Source of the DNA: Desulfatiglandales bacterium
GTDB taxonomy: Bacteria > Desulfobacterota > DSM-4660 > Desulfatiglandales > HGW-15
Reading direction: 5' to 3'
Length of the DNA: 64,000 nucleotides
NCBI GenBank assembly: GCA_049366815.1
Contig: JBMNCO010000087.1
Span: 10,317 to 74,316, forward strand
Shown: piece by piece, positions 9,565 to 19,154 of the stretch
Position numbering within the stretch: position 1 is the stretch's first letter
Layout of the letters: every line of letters starts with the position of its first letter
Made by a program: the position numbers and the translations under genes
The notes under the pieces: model-generated
Seen by the model: only the letters and a program-made list of their open reading frames with translations
Database searches by the model: none
What the model was told of the DNA's origin: nothing

Positions 9565-10696
9565 TTCTCATTTCCTTTATGCGTGCAATGATCATTGTGG
9601 CGGCTGTTTCGATCTGATCCGGGGTATTGGTCCTGCCCGTGGTCAATCTCAGGGTCCCCATTCCCACCTCCGGCGGTACCCCCATGGCGGCCAAGACGTG
9701 AGAAAGCCTGACCGTTCTATCGTGACAAGCGGCGCCTGTCGAGGCAAGAAGGGAGGGTAATCCTTCGAGGATTCCGGAACCCTCAATGTTCGGGGCCGAC
9801 ACATTCAGGGTGTTGGGCAGCCTGTGATCGGGATGTCCGTTAAAGACCAGATCCGCCAGGTTCTCCCGGAGCAGGTCCTCTAAACGATCCCGCAGCACCA
9901 TCATATGCGCGATGTCGTCTTCAAGATGTGCCTCCGCCCTGCGGCAGGCGGCACCGAGCCCTACGGCAAGGATGGTGTTTTCAGTGCCCGGCCTCAGGCC
10001 CCCTTCCTGTCCCGCACCGTGCAGAAGGGGGGTCAGAGCCGTGCCTTCCCGGATGAACAGGGCACCGATCCCCTTGGGTCCGTAAAGTTTGTGCCCGGCA
10101 ATGCTCAGGAAGTCAACGCCCAGTTCATCGACATGAACGGACATTTTGCCGACCGCCTGGGCGGCGTCCGTATGAAGGAGGACCCCGAATTCCTTTGCCG
10201 TCCCGGCGATCTCTCTTACAGGCTGCAGGGTGCCGGTCTCGTTGTTGGCCAGCATGATGGAAATCAGTCTGGTCTGAGGACGAATGGCCCTTCGGACATC
10301 CTCGGGATCCACCCGCCCGAAACGGTCCACCGGGAGGATGTCCACTTTTACGCCCTGTTCCAGGAGGTAAAGGGCGGGGTTCAGAACGGCGGGGTGTTCG
10401 ACAGACGAGGTGATCACGTGAAAATCCCCGGGACGTTTGAAGTCGATGACCCCCTTCAAGACGGCATTATTGGATTCGGTCCCTCCCGAGGTGAAAACCA
10501 CCTCCCGGGGGCGGCACCCGATGAGAAGGGCGACCTCTTTTCGTGCCCTTTCAACGGCATCCTTTGCCCGCACACCCAGGTCATAGGGGCTGGAAGGGTT
10601 GCCGAATTCCTGCGACATGAAAGGCATCATGGCCTCAGCCGCAGTCGGATCAAGGGGCGTGGTGGCATTGTGATCCAGATAGATAGGTCCGCTCAT
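9554..10696 (-). CDS. Cysteine desulfurase (class V aminotransferase, NifS/IscS-like)
   Basis: PLP-lysine motif SIAGHKLYGPKG and catalytic Cys loop STGAACHD. Confidence 0.9.
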   Translation of the reverse strand: MSGPIYLDHNATTPLDPTAAEAMMPFMSQEFGNPSSPYDLGVRAKDAVERARKEVALLIGCRPREVVFTSGGTESNNAVLKGVIDFKRPGDFHVITSSVEHPAVLNPALYLLEQGVKVDILPVDRFGRVDPEDVRRAIRPQTRLISIMLANNETGTLQPVREIAGTAKEFGVLLHTDAAQAVGKMSVHVDELGVDFLSIAGHKLYGPKGIGALFIREGTALTPLLHGAGQEGGLRPGTENTILAVGLGAACRRAEAHLEDDIAHMMVLRDRLEDLLRENLADLVFNGHPDHRLPNTLNVSAPNIEGSGILEGLPSLLASTGAACHDRTVRLSHVLAAMGVPPEVGMGTLRLTTGRTNTPDQIETAATMIIARIKEMRNGS

Positions 10697-10908
10697 CCTC
10701 TTCCTCCCTCGGAACGGGTATCAAGTAAGTCAGGCAGTTTAATACGCCGGATCGAGGAAGACAAGGGGGTTCCGGCTGATTCTCCATGAGCAATCCTATT
10801 GGCAATCTCAGAAGGCCACCGGACAGGAGGCCAAGGACCGGCGTGTGCGGAGATGGGCGAATGGCAAGGCTCCGGGACATTTTCGGGCCATGCAACGGGT
10901 TTTGTCAA

Positions 10909-10937
10909 TTGACAATACAGCTTTTTGATGTTAAATT
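10909..10937 (+). promoter_or_regulatory. Sigma70-like promoter candidate for ppsA
   Basis: TTGACA (10909-10914), 17-nt spacer, TAAATT (10932-10937), in an AT-rich divergent intergenic region. Confidence 0.4.
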
Positions 10938-11018
10938 TTTTTCTTTTTCAATCAAGCACTTTTTAGAATTCTTTGTGCGTCCCACCCCGAAAAAATTCTC
11001 AAGAAAGGGAGATGTCCG

Positions 11019-13493
11019 ATGGCATCTGATAAGAGCAAAAATTTTATTCTGTGGTTCAATGAAATCGGTATTCAGGATGTTCCCATGGTTGGAGGAAAGA
11101 ACGCCTCTCTGGGAGAGATGTATCGGAAACTCCACGATAAGGGCATCAATGTCCCTAACGGTTTTGCCATCACTGCCTATGCCTACCGCTATTTTATAAA
11201 ATATGCCGGGATCGAGGAGGAAATCAAAAAGGTTCTGAAAGATCTCGATACGAGCGACATGTACAACCTCATGAGAAAGGGCAGAGAGGTTCGGGATATC
11301 ATCCATCATGCAGAGTTCCCCCCGGATTTGATTCAGGCCATCTATGTGGCCTACGACAAGTTGGCGGAGGAATTCGGACAAAAAGGATTGGATGACCTGG
11401 ACGTCGCCATAAGGTCCTCGGCCACAGCGGAGGACCTTCCAGACGCCTCTTTTGCAGGACAACAGGACACCTACCTGAACATCAGGGGTAAAAGGCGTGT
11501 TCTGGATGCCTGCAGAAAATGCTTTGCCAGTCTCTTCACGAACCGGGCCATATCCTACCGGCATGACAAGGGATACGGGCAGTTTGATGTCTCCCTTTCC
11601 ATTGCCGTACAGAAGATGGTGAGGAGCGATTCCGCCTATTCCGGCGTCATATTTTCTATTGATACCGAGACCGGATTCAAGGATACCGTATTTATCACCG
11701 CAGCCTACGGCCTGGGGGAAAACGTGGTCCAGGGGACCGTGAATCCCGATGAATTCTATGTCTTTAAACCGACCCTCAAGATGGGAAAGCGTGCCATCAT
11801 CAGCCGCAAGGTTGGGGATCGGGATATCAAGATGGTCTACTCCATGGAAGATGAAGCCACGGTAAAGAATGTGGCCACCACGCTCAGTGAAAGGCACCGA
11901 TACGTCCTGGATGACGATGAAATCCTGAAGCTTGCCGAATGGGCCTGCATCATCGAAGACCATTACAGTAAAGAGGCGGGGTATTTCAAGCCCATGGACA
12001 TCGAGTGGGCCAAGGATGGAGACGGAGAGCATGTGGGCACGGGCGCGCTGTTCATCGTTCAGGCCCGACCGGAGACCATCCATTCCCAGAACACATCGAA
12101 TTCCTACGAGAATTACAGACTTCTGGAAAAAGGCGAAATCCTGGCAGTGGGAACGGCAGTGGGGACCAAGGTCGGAAAAGGTATAGCCAAACTCATTGAA
12201 ACATCGGCCGAGATCGAAAAATTCAAGAAGGGCGAGGTGCTCGTCACCAGCATGACGGACCCCGACTGGGAACCCATCATGAAGATCGCCTCGGCGATCG
12301 TCACCAACAAAGGCGGGCGTACCTGTCACGCGGCCATCGTGTCACGGGAATTGGGGATTCCCTGTGTCATAGGGACCGGCAACGCCGATGAGATCATAAA
12401 GACCGGGCAGGAAATCACCGTGAACTGCTGCGAGGGTGAGACAGGTTATGTCTATGACGGTCTCCTGAAATACGAGGTCGAGACCCTGGATCTGGAAGAA
12501 ATCCCAACGACCCGGACCAAGATCATGATGAATGTCGGGACACCCGAGAAGGCCTTTTCACAGGGAATGATTCCCAATGACGGGGTCGGGCTGGCCCGGG
12601 AGGAATTTATTATCAATTCCCATATCGGGATCCATCCCTTGGCCCTGATCGACTATGATGATCTGAGAAAGAAGGCGAAGAACGACCAGAAGATTGCCGG
12701 CGTTGTCTATCGCATTGACGAGGTGACCTCGGTCTATGACAGCAAGACCCAATTCTTTGTGGACAAGCTTTCCGAGGGCGTAGGACGCATCGCGGCAGGC
12801 TTCTATCCCAACGATGTGATCGTTCGACTCTCGGATTTCAAGACCAATGAATATGCCAACCTGACCGGAGGATACCTCTATGAACCGGAGGAGAGCAATC
12901 CCATGATCGGTTGGAGAGGGGCCTCCCGATACTACGATGAGAGATTCAAGGCGGCCTTTGAGCTGGAATGCCGGGCCCTTCGCAAGGCCCGCAGCGAGAT
13001 GGGATTGACCAACATCAAGCTGATGGTCCCCTTCTGCAGGACCCCTGAGGAGGGGAAAAAGGTCATCGCCCTGATGAAGGAGTTCGGGCTCGTGCAGGGC
13101 GAGGAAGATCTTGAGATTTATGTTATGTGTGAAATCCCGAGCAATGTCATCCTTGCCGATCAGTTCGCTGATATCTTTGACGGATTCTCCATCGGTTCCA
13201 ACGACCTGACCCAGCTGGCTCTCGGCCTTGACAGGGATTCCTTTCTGGTGGCGCACATTTATGATGAAAGGAGCGAAGCGGTCAAGAGGCTGGTGGCGGA
13301 TGTGATCAAGGTCGCCAAGTCCAAGGGACGAAAGATTGGAATATGCGGGCAGGCCCCCAGTGATTTCCCTGAATTCGCGGAGTTCCTTGTGGAATGCGGT
13401 ATTGATTCCATAAGCCTCATACCGGATACGGTCATAAAGACCAAGCTTGCTATTGCGGCAAAGGAAAAGGCCCTAGGGATTCCTCCCGTTTGA
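11019..13493 (+). CDS. ppsA: Phosphoenolpyruvate synthase (pyruvate, water dikinase)
   Basis: 824 aa with an ATP-grasp N-domain, phospho-His swivel motif GGRTCHAAIVSRELGIPCV and a PEP-utilising C-terminal barrel. Confidence 0.95.
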   Translation: MASDKSKNFILWFNEIGIQDVPMVGGKNASLGEMYRKLHDKGINVPNGFAITAYAYRYFIKYAGIEEEIKKVLKDLDTSDMYNLMRKGREVRDIIHHAEFPPDLIQAIYVAYDKLAEEFGQKGLDDLDVAIRSSATAEDLPDASFAGQQDTYLNIRGKRRVLDACRKCFASLFTNRAISYRHDKGYGQFDVSLSIAVQKMVRSDSAYSGVIFSIDTETGFKDTVFITAAYGLGENVVQGTVNPDEFYVFKPTLKMGKRAIISRKVGDRDIKMVYSMEDEATVKNVATTLSERHRYVLDDDEILKLAEWACIIEDHYSKEAGYFKPMDIEWAKDGDGEHVGTGALFIVQARPETIHSQNTSNSYENYRLLEKGEILAVGTAVGTKVGKGIAKLIETSAEIEKFKKGEVLVTSMTDPDWEPIMKIASAIVTNKGGRTCHAAIVSRELGIPCVIGTGNADEIIKTGQEITVNCCEGETGYVYDGLLKYEVETLDLEEIPTTRTKIMMNVGTPEKAFSQGMIPNDGVGLAREEFIINSHIGIHPLALIDYDDLRKKAKNDQKIAGVVYRIDEVTSVYDSKTQFFVDKLSEGVGRIAAGFYPNDVIVRLSDFKTNEYANLTGGYLYEPEESNPMIGWRGASRYYDERFKAAFELECRALRKARSEMGLTNIKLMVPFCRTPEEGKKVIALMKEFGLVQGEEDLEIYVMCEIPSNVILADQFADIFDGFSIGSNDLTQLALGLDRDSFLVAHIYDERSEAVKRLVADVIKVAKSKGRKIGICGQAPSDFPEFAEFLVECGIDSISLIPDTVIKTKLAIAAKEKALGIPPV

Positions 13494-13628
13494 ATGACGA
13501 CATAGTTTTTCCGGCCTGAGTCGATGCCTACAGCCTTCCCCGGCCGGAAGATTGTTAGCTGTCTGAAAAGCACAGCACTATGGAATACCGGTTGAAGAAT
13601 GAATCAAGATGTGGAGAAACTCGGATAG

Positions 13629-14618
13629 ATGAGCGCGATAGGAATACTCGGAACTGGTTCCTATGTCCCCCCTAAAGTCCTCAGCAACTTTGATCTTCAG
13701 GAGATGGGGCTTGATACCACGGATGAATGGATCACCCAACGGACGGGGGTCCGGGAAAGGAGGATGGCCGATCCGGATGTAACGACATCGGACCTGGCCC
13801 TGGAGGCCTCTCTGAGGGCCCTTGATATGGCGGGTTTGACTGCCAAGGATCTGGATCTGGTCATTGTTGGAACGATCACGCCCGACACCTGCTGTCCGTC
13901 GGCCGCAAACTGGCTCCAGGCAAAGCTGGAGGCCACCCGGGCCGCTACCTTTGATGTAACGGCCGCCTGTTCCGGTTTTATCTTTGCGATCAACGTCGCA
14001 ACCCAGTATCTCCTCACAGGGGCCTGCAAACATGTGCTGGTCGTGGGGTCCGAGGTGATGACCCGCACCCTTGACTGGAAGGACAGAAAGACCTGTATCC
14101 TGTGGGGTGACGGGGCCGGCGCCGCTGTCCTGACAGGAGGCGGGCAGGGCCACGAGATCCTGTCCTCCCACATACACACGGACGGATTCAACGGTCGAGA
14201 CCTGCTTTTACCGGGTGGTGGGTCGAAGACCACGCCCATCAGCCATGAAAGCGTGGACAAGGGTCTTCACACGCTCAATATGATCGAGGCCAATGCCAGC
14301 TTCAGGGTGGCGGTGCGTCACTTCGTTGAATCCATCAGAGAAGCGGCCGAGTTTAATCATGTCGCTATTGAGGACATCGACTGGTTTATCCCGCACCAGG
14401 CCAATTTTCGCATGTTCATCTCCATGGCCAAGAATCTCAATGTCCCCATAGAACGCTTTTATGTCACGCTCCACAAATACGGAAATATCTCCTCTGCATC
14501 ATGTGCCATTGCGCTCGACGAGGCCGTTCGGGACGGAAGCATCCACGAGGGGGACGTGATCTGCATGCCCGTTTTCGGCGGGGGATTGTCATGGGGTAGC
14601 GCCCTGATCAGGTGGTAG
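13629..14618 (+). CDS. fabH: Beta-ketoacyl-ACP synthase III
   Basis: Catalytic Cys in AACSGF, FIPHQANFRM and YGNISSAS motifs; 329 aa. Confidence 0.93.
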   Translation: MSAIGILGTGSYVPPKVLSNFDLQEMGLDTTDEWITQRTGVRERRMADPDVTTSDLALEASLRALDMAGLTAKDLDLVIVGTITPDTCCPSAANWLQAKLEATRAATFDVTAACSGFIFAINVATQYLLTGACKHVLVVGSEVMTRTLDWKDRKTCILWGDGAGAAVLTGGGQGHEILSSHIHTDGFNGRDLLLPGGGSKTTPISHESVDKGLHTLNMIEANASFRVAVRHFVESIREAAEFNHVAIEDIDWFIPHQANFRMFISMAKNLNVPIERFYVTLHKYGNISSASCAIALDEAVRDGSIHEGDVICMPVFGGGLSWGSALIRW

Positions 14619-14765
14619 AAGGGCTTGAGAAGAGAAAAAAGCGCCCCGTCATGACTGGAACCAAAGCGGTTTCATGCTCGGGGTCGTGCGCCCCTCGGTC
14701 TTTTCCCACAAGTTTGCTTGCCCGTCAGGCCTCCTGTTTTTGACCATAGTCTTTTAATCTTTTGT

Positions 14766-14898
14766 CGTAACACTTTAGCCCTTTGAAAAATTCGAAAGGA
14801 AATCATGCACCCTTTCTTACGTTCCGAAGCTCCCGCTGATCACTTCAGAAAGGGAGCATGATTTTCACACAGTTATTGGAAAGGGCTGAATTCATACC
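14766..14898 (+). mobile_element. MITE-like element, family 1, copy A (133 bp)
   Basis: Flanked by identical TTTTGT at 14760-14765 and 14899-14904. Imperfect terminal inverted repeats: CGTAACACTTTAGCCCTTT versus the reverse complement of the right end, GGTATGAATTCAGCCCTTT. Internal stem of about 20 bp. No ORF. Confidence 0.8.
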
Positions 14899-14921
14899 TT
14901 TTGTCTAATAGAGGAGGATGA

Positions 14922-15374
14922 ATGATGGCTGATAAATCATCGGCCCCCCTTATTAGAACAATGACACACAAAGATCTCGAACGCATTTTAGAGATCGACA
15001 AAAAGGTGCTCGGAAAATCACGACCTGAATACTGGGAATTAAAACTGATGATGGTCGAGCGGCGATCACCCGTGGTATCCCTGGTAGCCGAACTGGATGG
15101 AAAGATCGTCGGGTTTATCATCGGCGATGCGAGCGGTTGGAAATACGGGGCGCCCGACAATATTGGCTGGATCGATACGATCGGCGTGGATCCCGATTAT
15201 CAACGAAGGGGTATCGCCAAGATGCTCATGACGGAGATGGTTAACGACCTGAAAAAGTCAGGGGTCGATACCATATACACCTTTGTCAACTGGCGCGATT
15301 GGGACCTGCTGAAGTTTTTTGACGCCAACGGATTCCAGAGGGGTTCCATGATGAACCTGGAACTGAAGTCCTGA
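14922..15374 (+). CDS. GNAT-family N-acetyltransferase
   Basis: Acetyl-CoA binding motif QRRGIAKMLM. GGAGG RBS upstream. Confidence 0.85.
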   Translation: MMADKSSAPLIRTMTHKDLERILEIDKKVLGKSRPEYWELKLMMVERRSPVVSLVAELDGKIVGFIIGDASGWKYGAPDNIGWIDTIGVDPDYQRRGIAKMLMTEMVNDLKKSGVDTIYTFVNWRDWDLLKFFDANGFQRGSMMNLELKS

Positions 15375-15444
15375 GGGTCTTTTCCCTGGAATCGATGTCT
15401 GACCCGGCCCCTACCCTTTGTCCCATCCCTGAACCCCGGGGCGG

Positions 15445-17238
15445 TCAGGGGCCGGAACGGGTGTCGGACAGGGCGGGTCTTTCCAGCAGCCTTCTCGCCC
15501 TCTCAACGAACCGAGATTTGTCCAGGTAGGTCTCGGTTCTCAACGCCTCTTCTTCACCCCCGTATCGGTTGATAAAGATCAGGGTCGGAACACCTCTTAT
15601 CCCGTAGCGGCCCAGAATTTCATCCTGAGAAGCATGGTGCGTGGTCAGATCAAGACGCATCATGATTACCTTTCGGCTCAGGTCCAAGACCTCCGGAGAG
15701 GTGAAAACCGTTCTGTCCATGGCCCGGCATGGCCCACACCAATCCGCATAAAAGTCAAGGATCACAGGAAAATTTTCCTCCTTCGCCCTCCTGAGAATAG
15801 ATTCATCGTAAGGGACCCAGTGGACCCCTTCTTTTTTGGCGGTACCGAAGGTCATGTAGCTCATAGCCGCAACGAGCAGCAGCAGCCCGAATCCCTGCCT
15901 GAAAAGGCTGAATCTCCGCATGGCCCCGCCCGTCCGGTCGACCCAGCCAAGATGGATGCCGGCGAGAACCCCGAGACCTCCCAGCAGATGGGCCCTATCC
16001 AAATAGGATGAGAGCAGTGGACTGCATATATAGGCCGCCATTCCGACCAAGACCCAACCCATGACTTTCCTGATCCAGACCATCCACTCCCCTGACATGG
16101 GTAATCGGGTGGAGAGTCCTGAGAAGAAGGCAAGCACGGAAAGGGGAAGTCCGAGTCCGATACTGAGGACAAAAAAGTACAGAAAACCCAGAACCGGTTT
16201 CCCTGTATGCCCCACGTAGGTGAGGAGTCCCAGCAAAAAGGGCCCCAGGCAAGGAGCGGCCAGGATGCCCAGTGTAAGTCCCATGAAAAAGGTGCCGAAG
16301 TGACCACCGTAGTTGCGGGACGCCAGTCTGCTCAGCCCCGTGGGCAGGCGTATTTCCCAGAAACCCATGGAGCTGAATCCCAAGAAGAGCAGCACCGCCC
16401 CCATAGCCGTCAAGAGATAGGGGTTCTGGAGGGCAGATCCCAGCAGTTTCCCGGAGAGAGCGGCGGTCAAACCAAGCAGGGAATTGGTGAGTGCCAGCCC
16501 GACCATATAGAGGGAGCAGTGGATGAGCATGCGACGCCGTGAGTCCTGACTCTTTCCACTGAAATAGGAAACCGTTATGGGGATGAGAGGATAGATACAG
16601 GGAGTCAGGTTCAGGGCCAACCCTCCAAAGAAGATGGCTGCAAGGGACAATAAGAGCCCGGTATCAGGCCTCAGACCGAAGGGTCCGCCCTTTTTTTCGT
16701 TTTCCGTCGTCTTGGTGAGAAAAACCGATTGGTTCAATGCCTTGGCGATGACGCCTTCGGGACAGACCGGAAATGAAAGGGGGATAGAGATTTGCTCGGG
16801 CGGCAGGCACGCCGAGGGAGAACATGCCTGATAGGAGAGACGCCCTTCAAGGGATTGCCCCCCCGGTTGTACACGCTCTCCAACGATGAGTGCAGCCCCG
16901 ATCAGGATCTGTCCTGAAAACACTTCGAGTGGTTCAGAGGAGTAAGCAAAGGTCTCTATCCTGGGCGCCGGGAAGAGGAAATCTTGGACTGCAAGTTCGT
17001 CATGGTGGGAGAAGGAAAGCACCGTGGGGACAATATCCCTGCTCTTTTTTTCGGGGGTGTGGATTGCCCAGGGTCTGGATACCTCCAGGCGCAGGAGAAT
17101 GGGATACCGCCCCCCGGGTGCGTAACAGTCTTGAGAATGAATGACTTCCATCCTTACGGTGGAGGCACGGGAAAATGAGACGCTGGGGAAAAGGATGAAG
17201 ATGAGAAGCGCGGCGCAGAGGGATAGTATTTTTTCCAT
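15445..17238 (-). CDS. DsbD-type thiol:disulfide interchange protein (periplasmic N-domain, CcdA-like membrane core, thioredoxin domain)
   Basis: Membrane-core Cys motifs LTPCIYPLIP and AAPCLGPF, plus a C-terminal thioredoxin WCGPC. ATG at 17238 (MEKILSLCAALLIF signal) is preferred over the TTG-extended track ORF. Confidence 0.85.
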   Translation of the reverse strand: MEKILSLCAALLIFILFPSVSFSRASTVRMEVIHSQDCYAPGGRYPILLRLEVSRPWAIHTPEKKSRDIVPTVLSFSHHDELAVQDFLFPAPRIETFAYSSEPLEVFSGQILIGAALIVGERVQPGGQSLEGRLSYQACSPSACLPPEQISIPLSFPVCPEGVIAKALNQSVFLTKTTENEKKGGPFGLRPDTGLLLSLAAIFFGGLALNLTPCIYPLIPITVSYFSGKSQDSRRRMLIHCSLYMVGLALTNSLLGLTAALSGKLLGSALQNPYLLTAMGAVLLFLGFSSMGFWEIRLPTGLSRLASRNYGGHFGTFFMGLTLGILAAPCLGPFLLGLLTYVGHTGKPVLGFLYFFVLSIGLGLPLSVLAFFSGLSTRLPMSGEWMVWIRKVMGWVLVGMAAYICSPLLSSYLDRAHLLGGLGVLAGIHLGWVDRTGGAMRRFSLFRQGFGLLLLVAAMSYMTFGTAKKEGVHWVPYDESILRRAKEENFPVILDFYADWCGPCRAMDRTVFTSPEVLDLSRKVIMMRLDLTTHHASQDEILGRYGIRGVPTLIFINRYGGEEEALRTETYLDKSRFVERARRLLERPALSDTRSGP

Positions 17239-17309
17239 AGGCAAGATAGTTGACGGTGCGAGGCGAGCTCCGAGGTCCGGCAAAGGAAGGTCCGCTCTCT
17301 TCACCTGAC

Positions 17310-17516
17310 TCAAAGGGGTTTTCGATAGGGCGAGGGATCCTTACTGCCTTCGAGGACCTTGTGCATGCGATCTCTTTCAGTAACGGCCTTGCGGAGTTCA
17401 TCCTCCAAGGCGGCCCTTTGGTCGGGATGTGCCCTTTTCAGGAGATTTTCGAGCCTTTCCACCTCCTTTTGGAGACGGTAAAGATCCTGAGCAACCATGC
17501 GAATAGGTGCGGTCAT
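17310..17516 (-). CDS. Small coiled-coil hypothetical protein (68 aa)
   Basis: Heptad-like sequence LYRLQKEVERLENLLKRA. Same strand as the DsbD-type gene, just upstream of it. No family recognised. Confidence 0.45.
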   Translation of the reverse strand: MTAPIRMVAQDLYRLQKEVERLENLLKRAHPDQRAALEDELRKAVTERDRMHKVLEGSKDPSPYRKPL

Positions 17517-17525
17517 ACCGGCTGT

Positions 17526-18170
17526 TCACCTTTCCTGTGCCCAACCGGAAATGAGCATTCCCGATTGATGAACGGCAGCATTTCCTTCTGATATCTGTTT
17601 TTCACATCCCTTGCCAACCTTTTCATCTGAAAGGACCAGCCTTCGTACATCCCCGGGTCTGAATTTCAAGTGGCTGAAGATCTGTTTCTCGACCTCACCG
17701 GCCAATCGAAAATTTTGCCTGATCCGGGACCGGACAAGGCTCTTGTTCTTCCCGTATCGGATAAGAAGATCCCTGAGGCGTTCCTCAAGACTCACGATGG
17801 TGTCGTGATTGACCCTCTTGTCGGCGTAATAAACAATCTGGCTCTCCGAAATGCCGTCCCCGGGATTATAGGCCTTCAGGAGGACGTGCTGCCCCACAAT
17901 CTCCGCGATTTCATCAAATTGGTTCTCGATACATAGTCTCCGTCCCATAGCCGCGTGATCTTCCCCCGTCTTGAGACAGGTCGTTTTGGCGATGTCATGC
18001 ATAAGGGCACCGGCTCTTACAACATCAAGGGAAATCGATTCACCGGCCTCCTTCAACCCTTTGCCGATGATCGCGGCGACCTTTTCGACCATGACGGAGT
18101 GGGCCTTGATGTTATCCAACATTTCATACTTGTCCATGAGTGCATGACAGTCTTCGATGGAGGGAACCAT
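17526..18170 (-). CDS. HD/HDIG-domain metal-dependent phosphohydrolase
   Basis: HD motif ALMHDIAK. Start placed at MVPSIEDCH (GAGGA RBS 7 nt upstream), not at the longer track ORF reaching 18374. Confidence 0.75.
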   Translation of the reverse strand: MVPSIEDCHALMDKYEMLDNIKAHSVMVEKVAAIIGKGLKEAGESISLDVVRAGALMHDIAKTTCLKTGEDHAAMGRRLCIENQFDEIAEIVGQHVLLKAYNPGDGISESQIVYYADKRVNHDTIVSLEERLRDLLIRYGKNKSLVRSRIRQNFRLAGEVEKQIFSHLKFRPGDVRRLVLSDEKVGKGCEKQISEGNAAVHQSGMLISGWAQER

Positions 18171-18650
18171 ATCCTGATCCTCTTGTCTGACCCGCTGACA
18201 AGGCCGATCCTTTTGAACCGACAAACCCATCAGCCCTATGACGTCACAATAATGTGCACTTTTCCTCTCAAAGTCAATGAACAAAGGGCCCTGTGGCCAA
18301 GAAGGGCATCCCGTCTTATCAGGCCAAACCGAGGTGAACACGGTGTTCCCCAAAATACCAGTCAAGAAATTCAAGGTTTTGCCGATAATAACATTTGAAC
18401 ACCTCAGGAAATAATTTCAGGCAGTTAATGCAGGTTCATTCGTCCTAATCACAATAGAGAGGGATGTTTTTGGGGGCCTGCAGCAATGCAGCAAAACGGA
18501 ACAGACGTGCCCGGGGTCAGGATCGACGAATGCGGCGCAAAGATTTCGCTTTCCCAATGTGACGACCGGTTGTCCCTCCGCTTGCTTTTACAACACATCT
18601 TGGGAAAGAACTTGCCGGATACTTGGTATAAAATCCTTTGAGGTCCATTC

Positions 18651-19046
18651 ATGATGGCATTTACGGCGTTCATTATTTTGGAGGACCAAAGAAAAGAAGA
18701 CTGGGCCTCTTTCGAATCTCCCCAATTTTTCTGTGCGACCTTTAAATGGCCAAAGGACCCCCATGGGGAAGGCGGCCATGAATTAGGCATTCTCGACCAC
18801 TCCGCACAGGGATTGGCCCTTTTCCTTCCAAAGGAAAAACGTCGCCTTTTCGAGGACCTCGAACCCGGGGACAGGATTTCGGAAATTACGCTCTTTGCGG
18901 AACATGCACTGACGGTGGTGAATGGAGCCCTGACCAGTAAAAAAATTGTTGAAGATGGGATTTATCAAGGGAATTTCGTTATCGAACTGGAACTTGACAC
19001 GGGACTTGATCGCAGGGATGCGGGTCCCGGTTTTTTCAGTTCCTGA
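18651..19046 (+). CDS. PilZ-like domain protein with a degenerate N-terminal RxxxR motif
   Basis: DxSxxG motif present (ILDHSAQGLALF). The expected RxxxR position reads QRKEDW. Extended -10 (TGGTATAAA, 18624-18632) upstream. Confidence 0.5.
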   Translation: MMAFTAFIILEDQRKEDWASFESPQFFCATFKWPKDPHGEGGHELGILDHSAQGLALFLPKEKRRLFEDLEPGDRISEITLFAEHALTVVNGALTSKKIVEDGIYQGNFVIELELDTGLDRRDAGPGFFSS

Positions 19047-19154
19047 CAGGGGAATTTTTGTTCCCCCGGCACAGAACAGACAACCGTTTTCTTGCGAGAG
19101 GAAAGACCCCGTCACGTGGGTCAATCATAAAGTAAAAACGACTGGATCAATATT

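Noticed and set aside
10905-12329. 474-aa ORF antisense to ppsA
   Set aside because: It is a shadow ORF inside a confidently called PEP synthase gene, with no recognisable motifs.
17239-17313. TTG-initiated 25-aa extension of the DsbD-type ORF that would overlap the stop of the small coiled-coil gene
   Set aside because: ATG 17238 gives a canonical signal peptide (MEKILSLCAALLIFILF), whereas the extension is unstructured. Coupling through the TTG remains possible but is unsupported.
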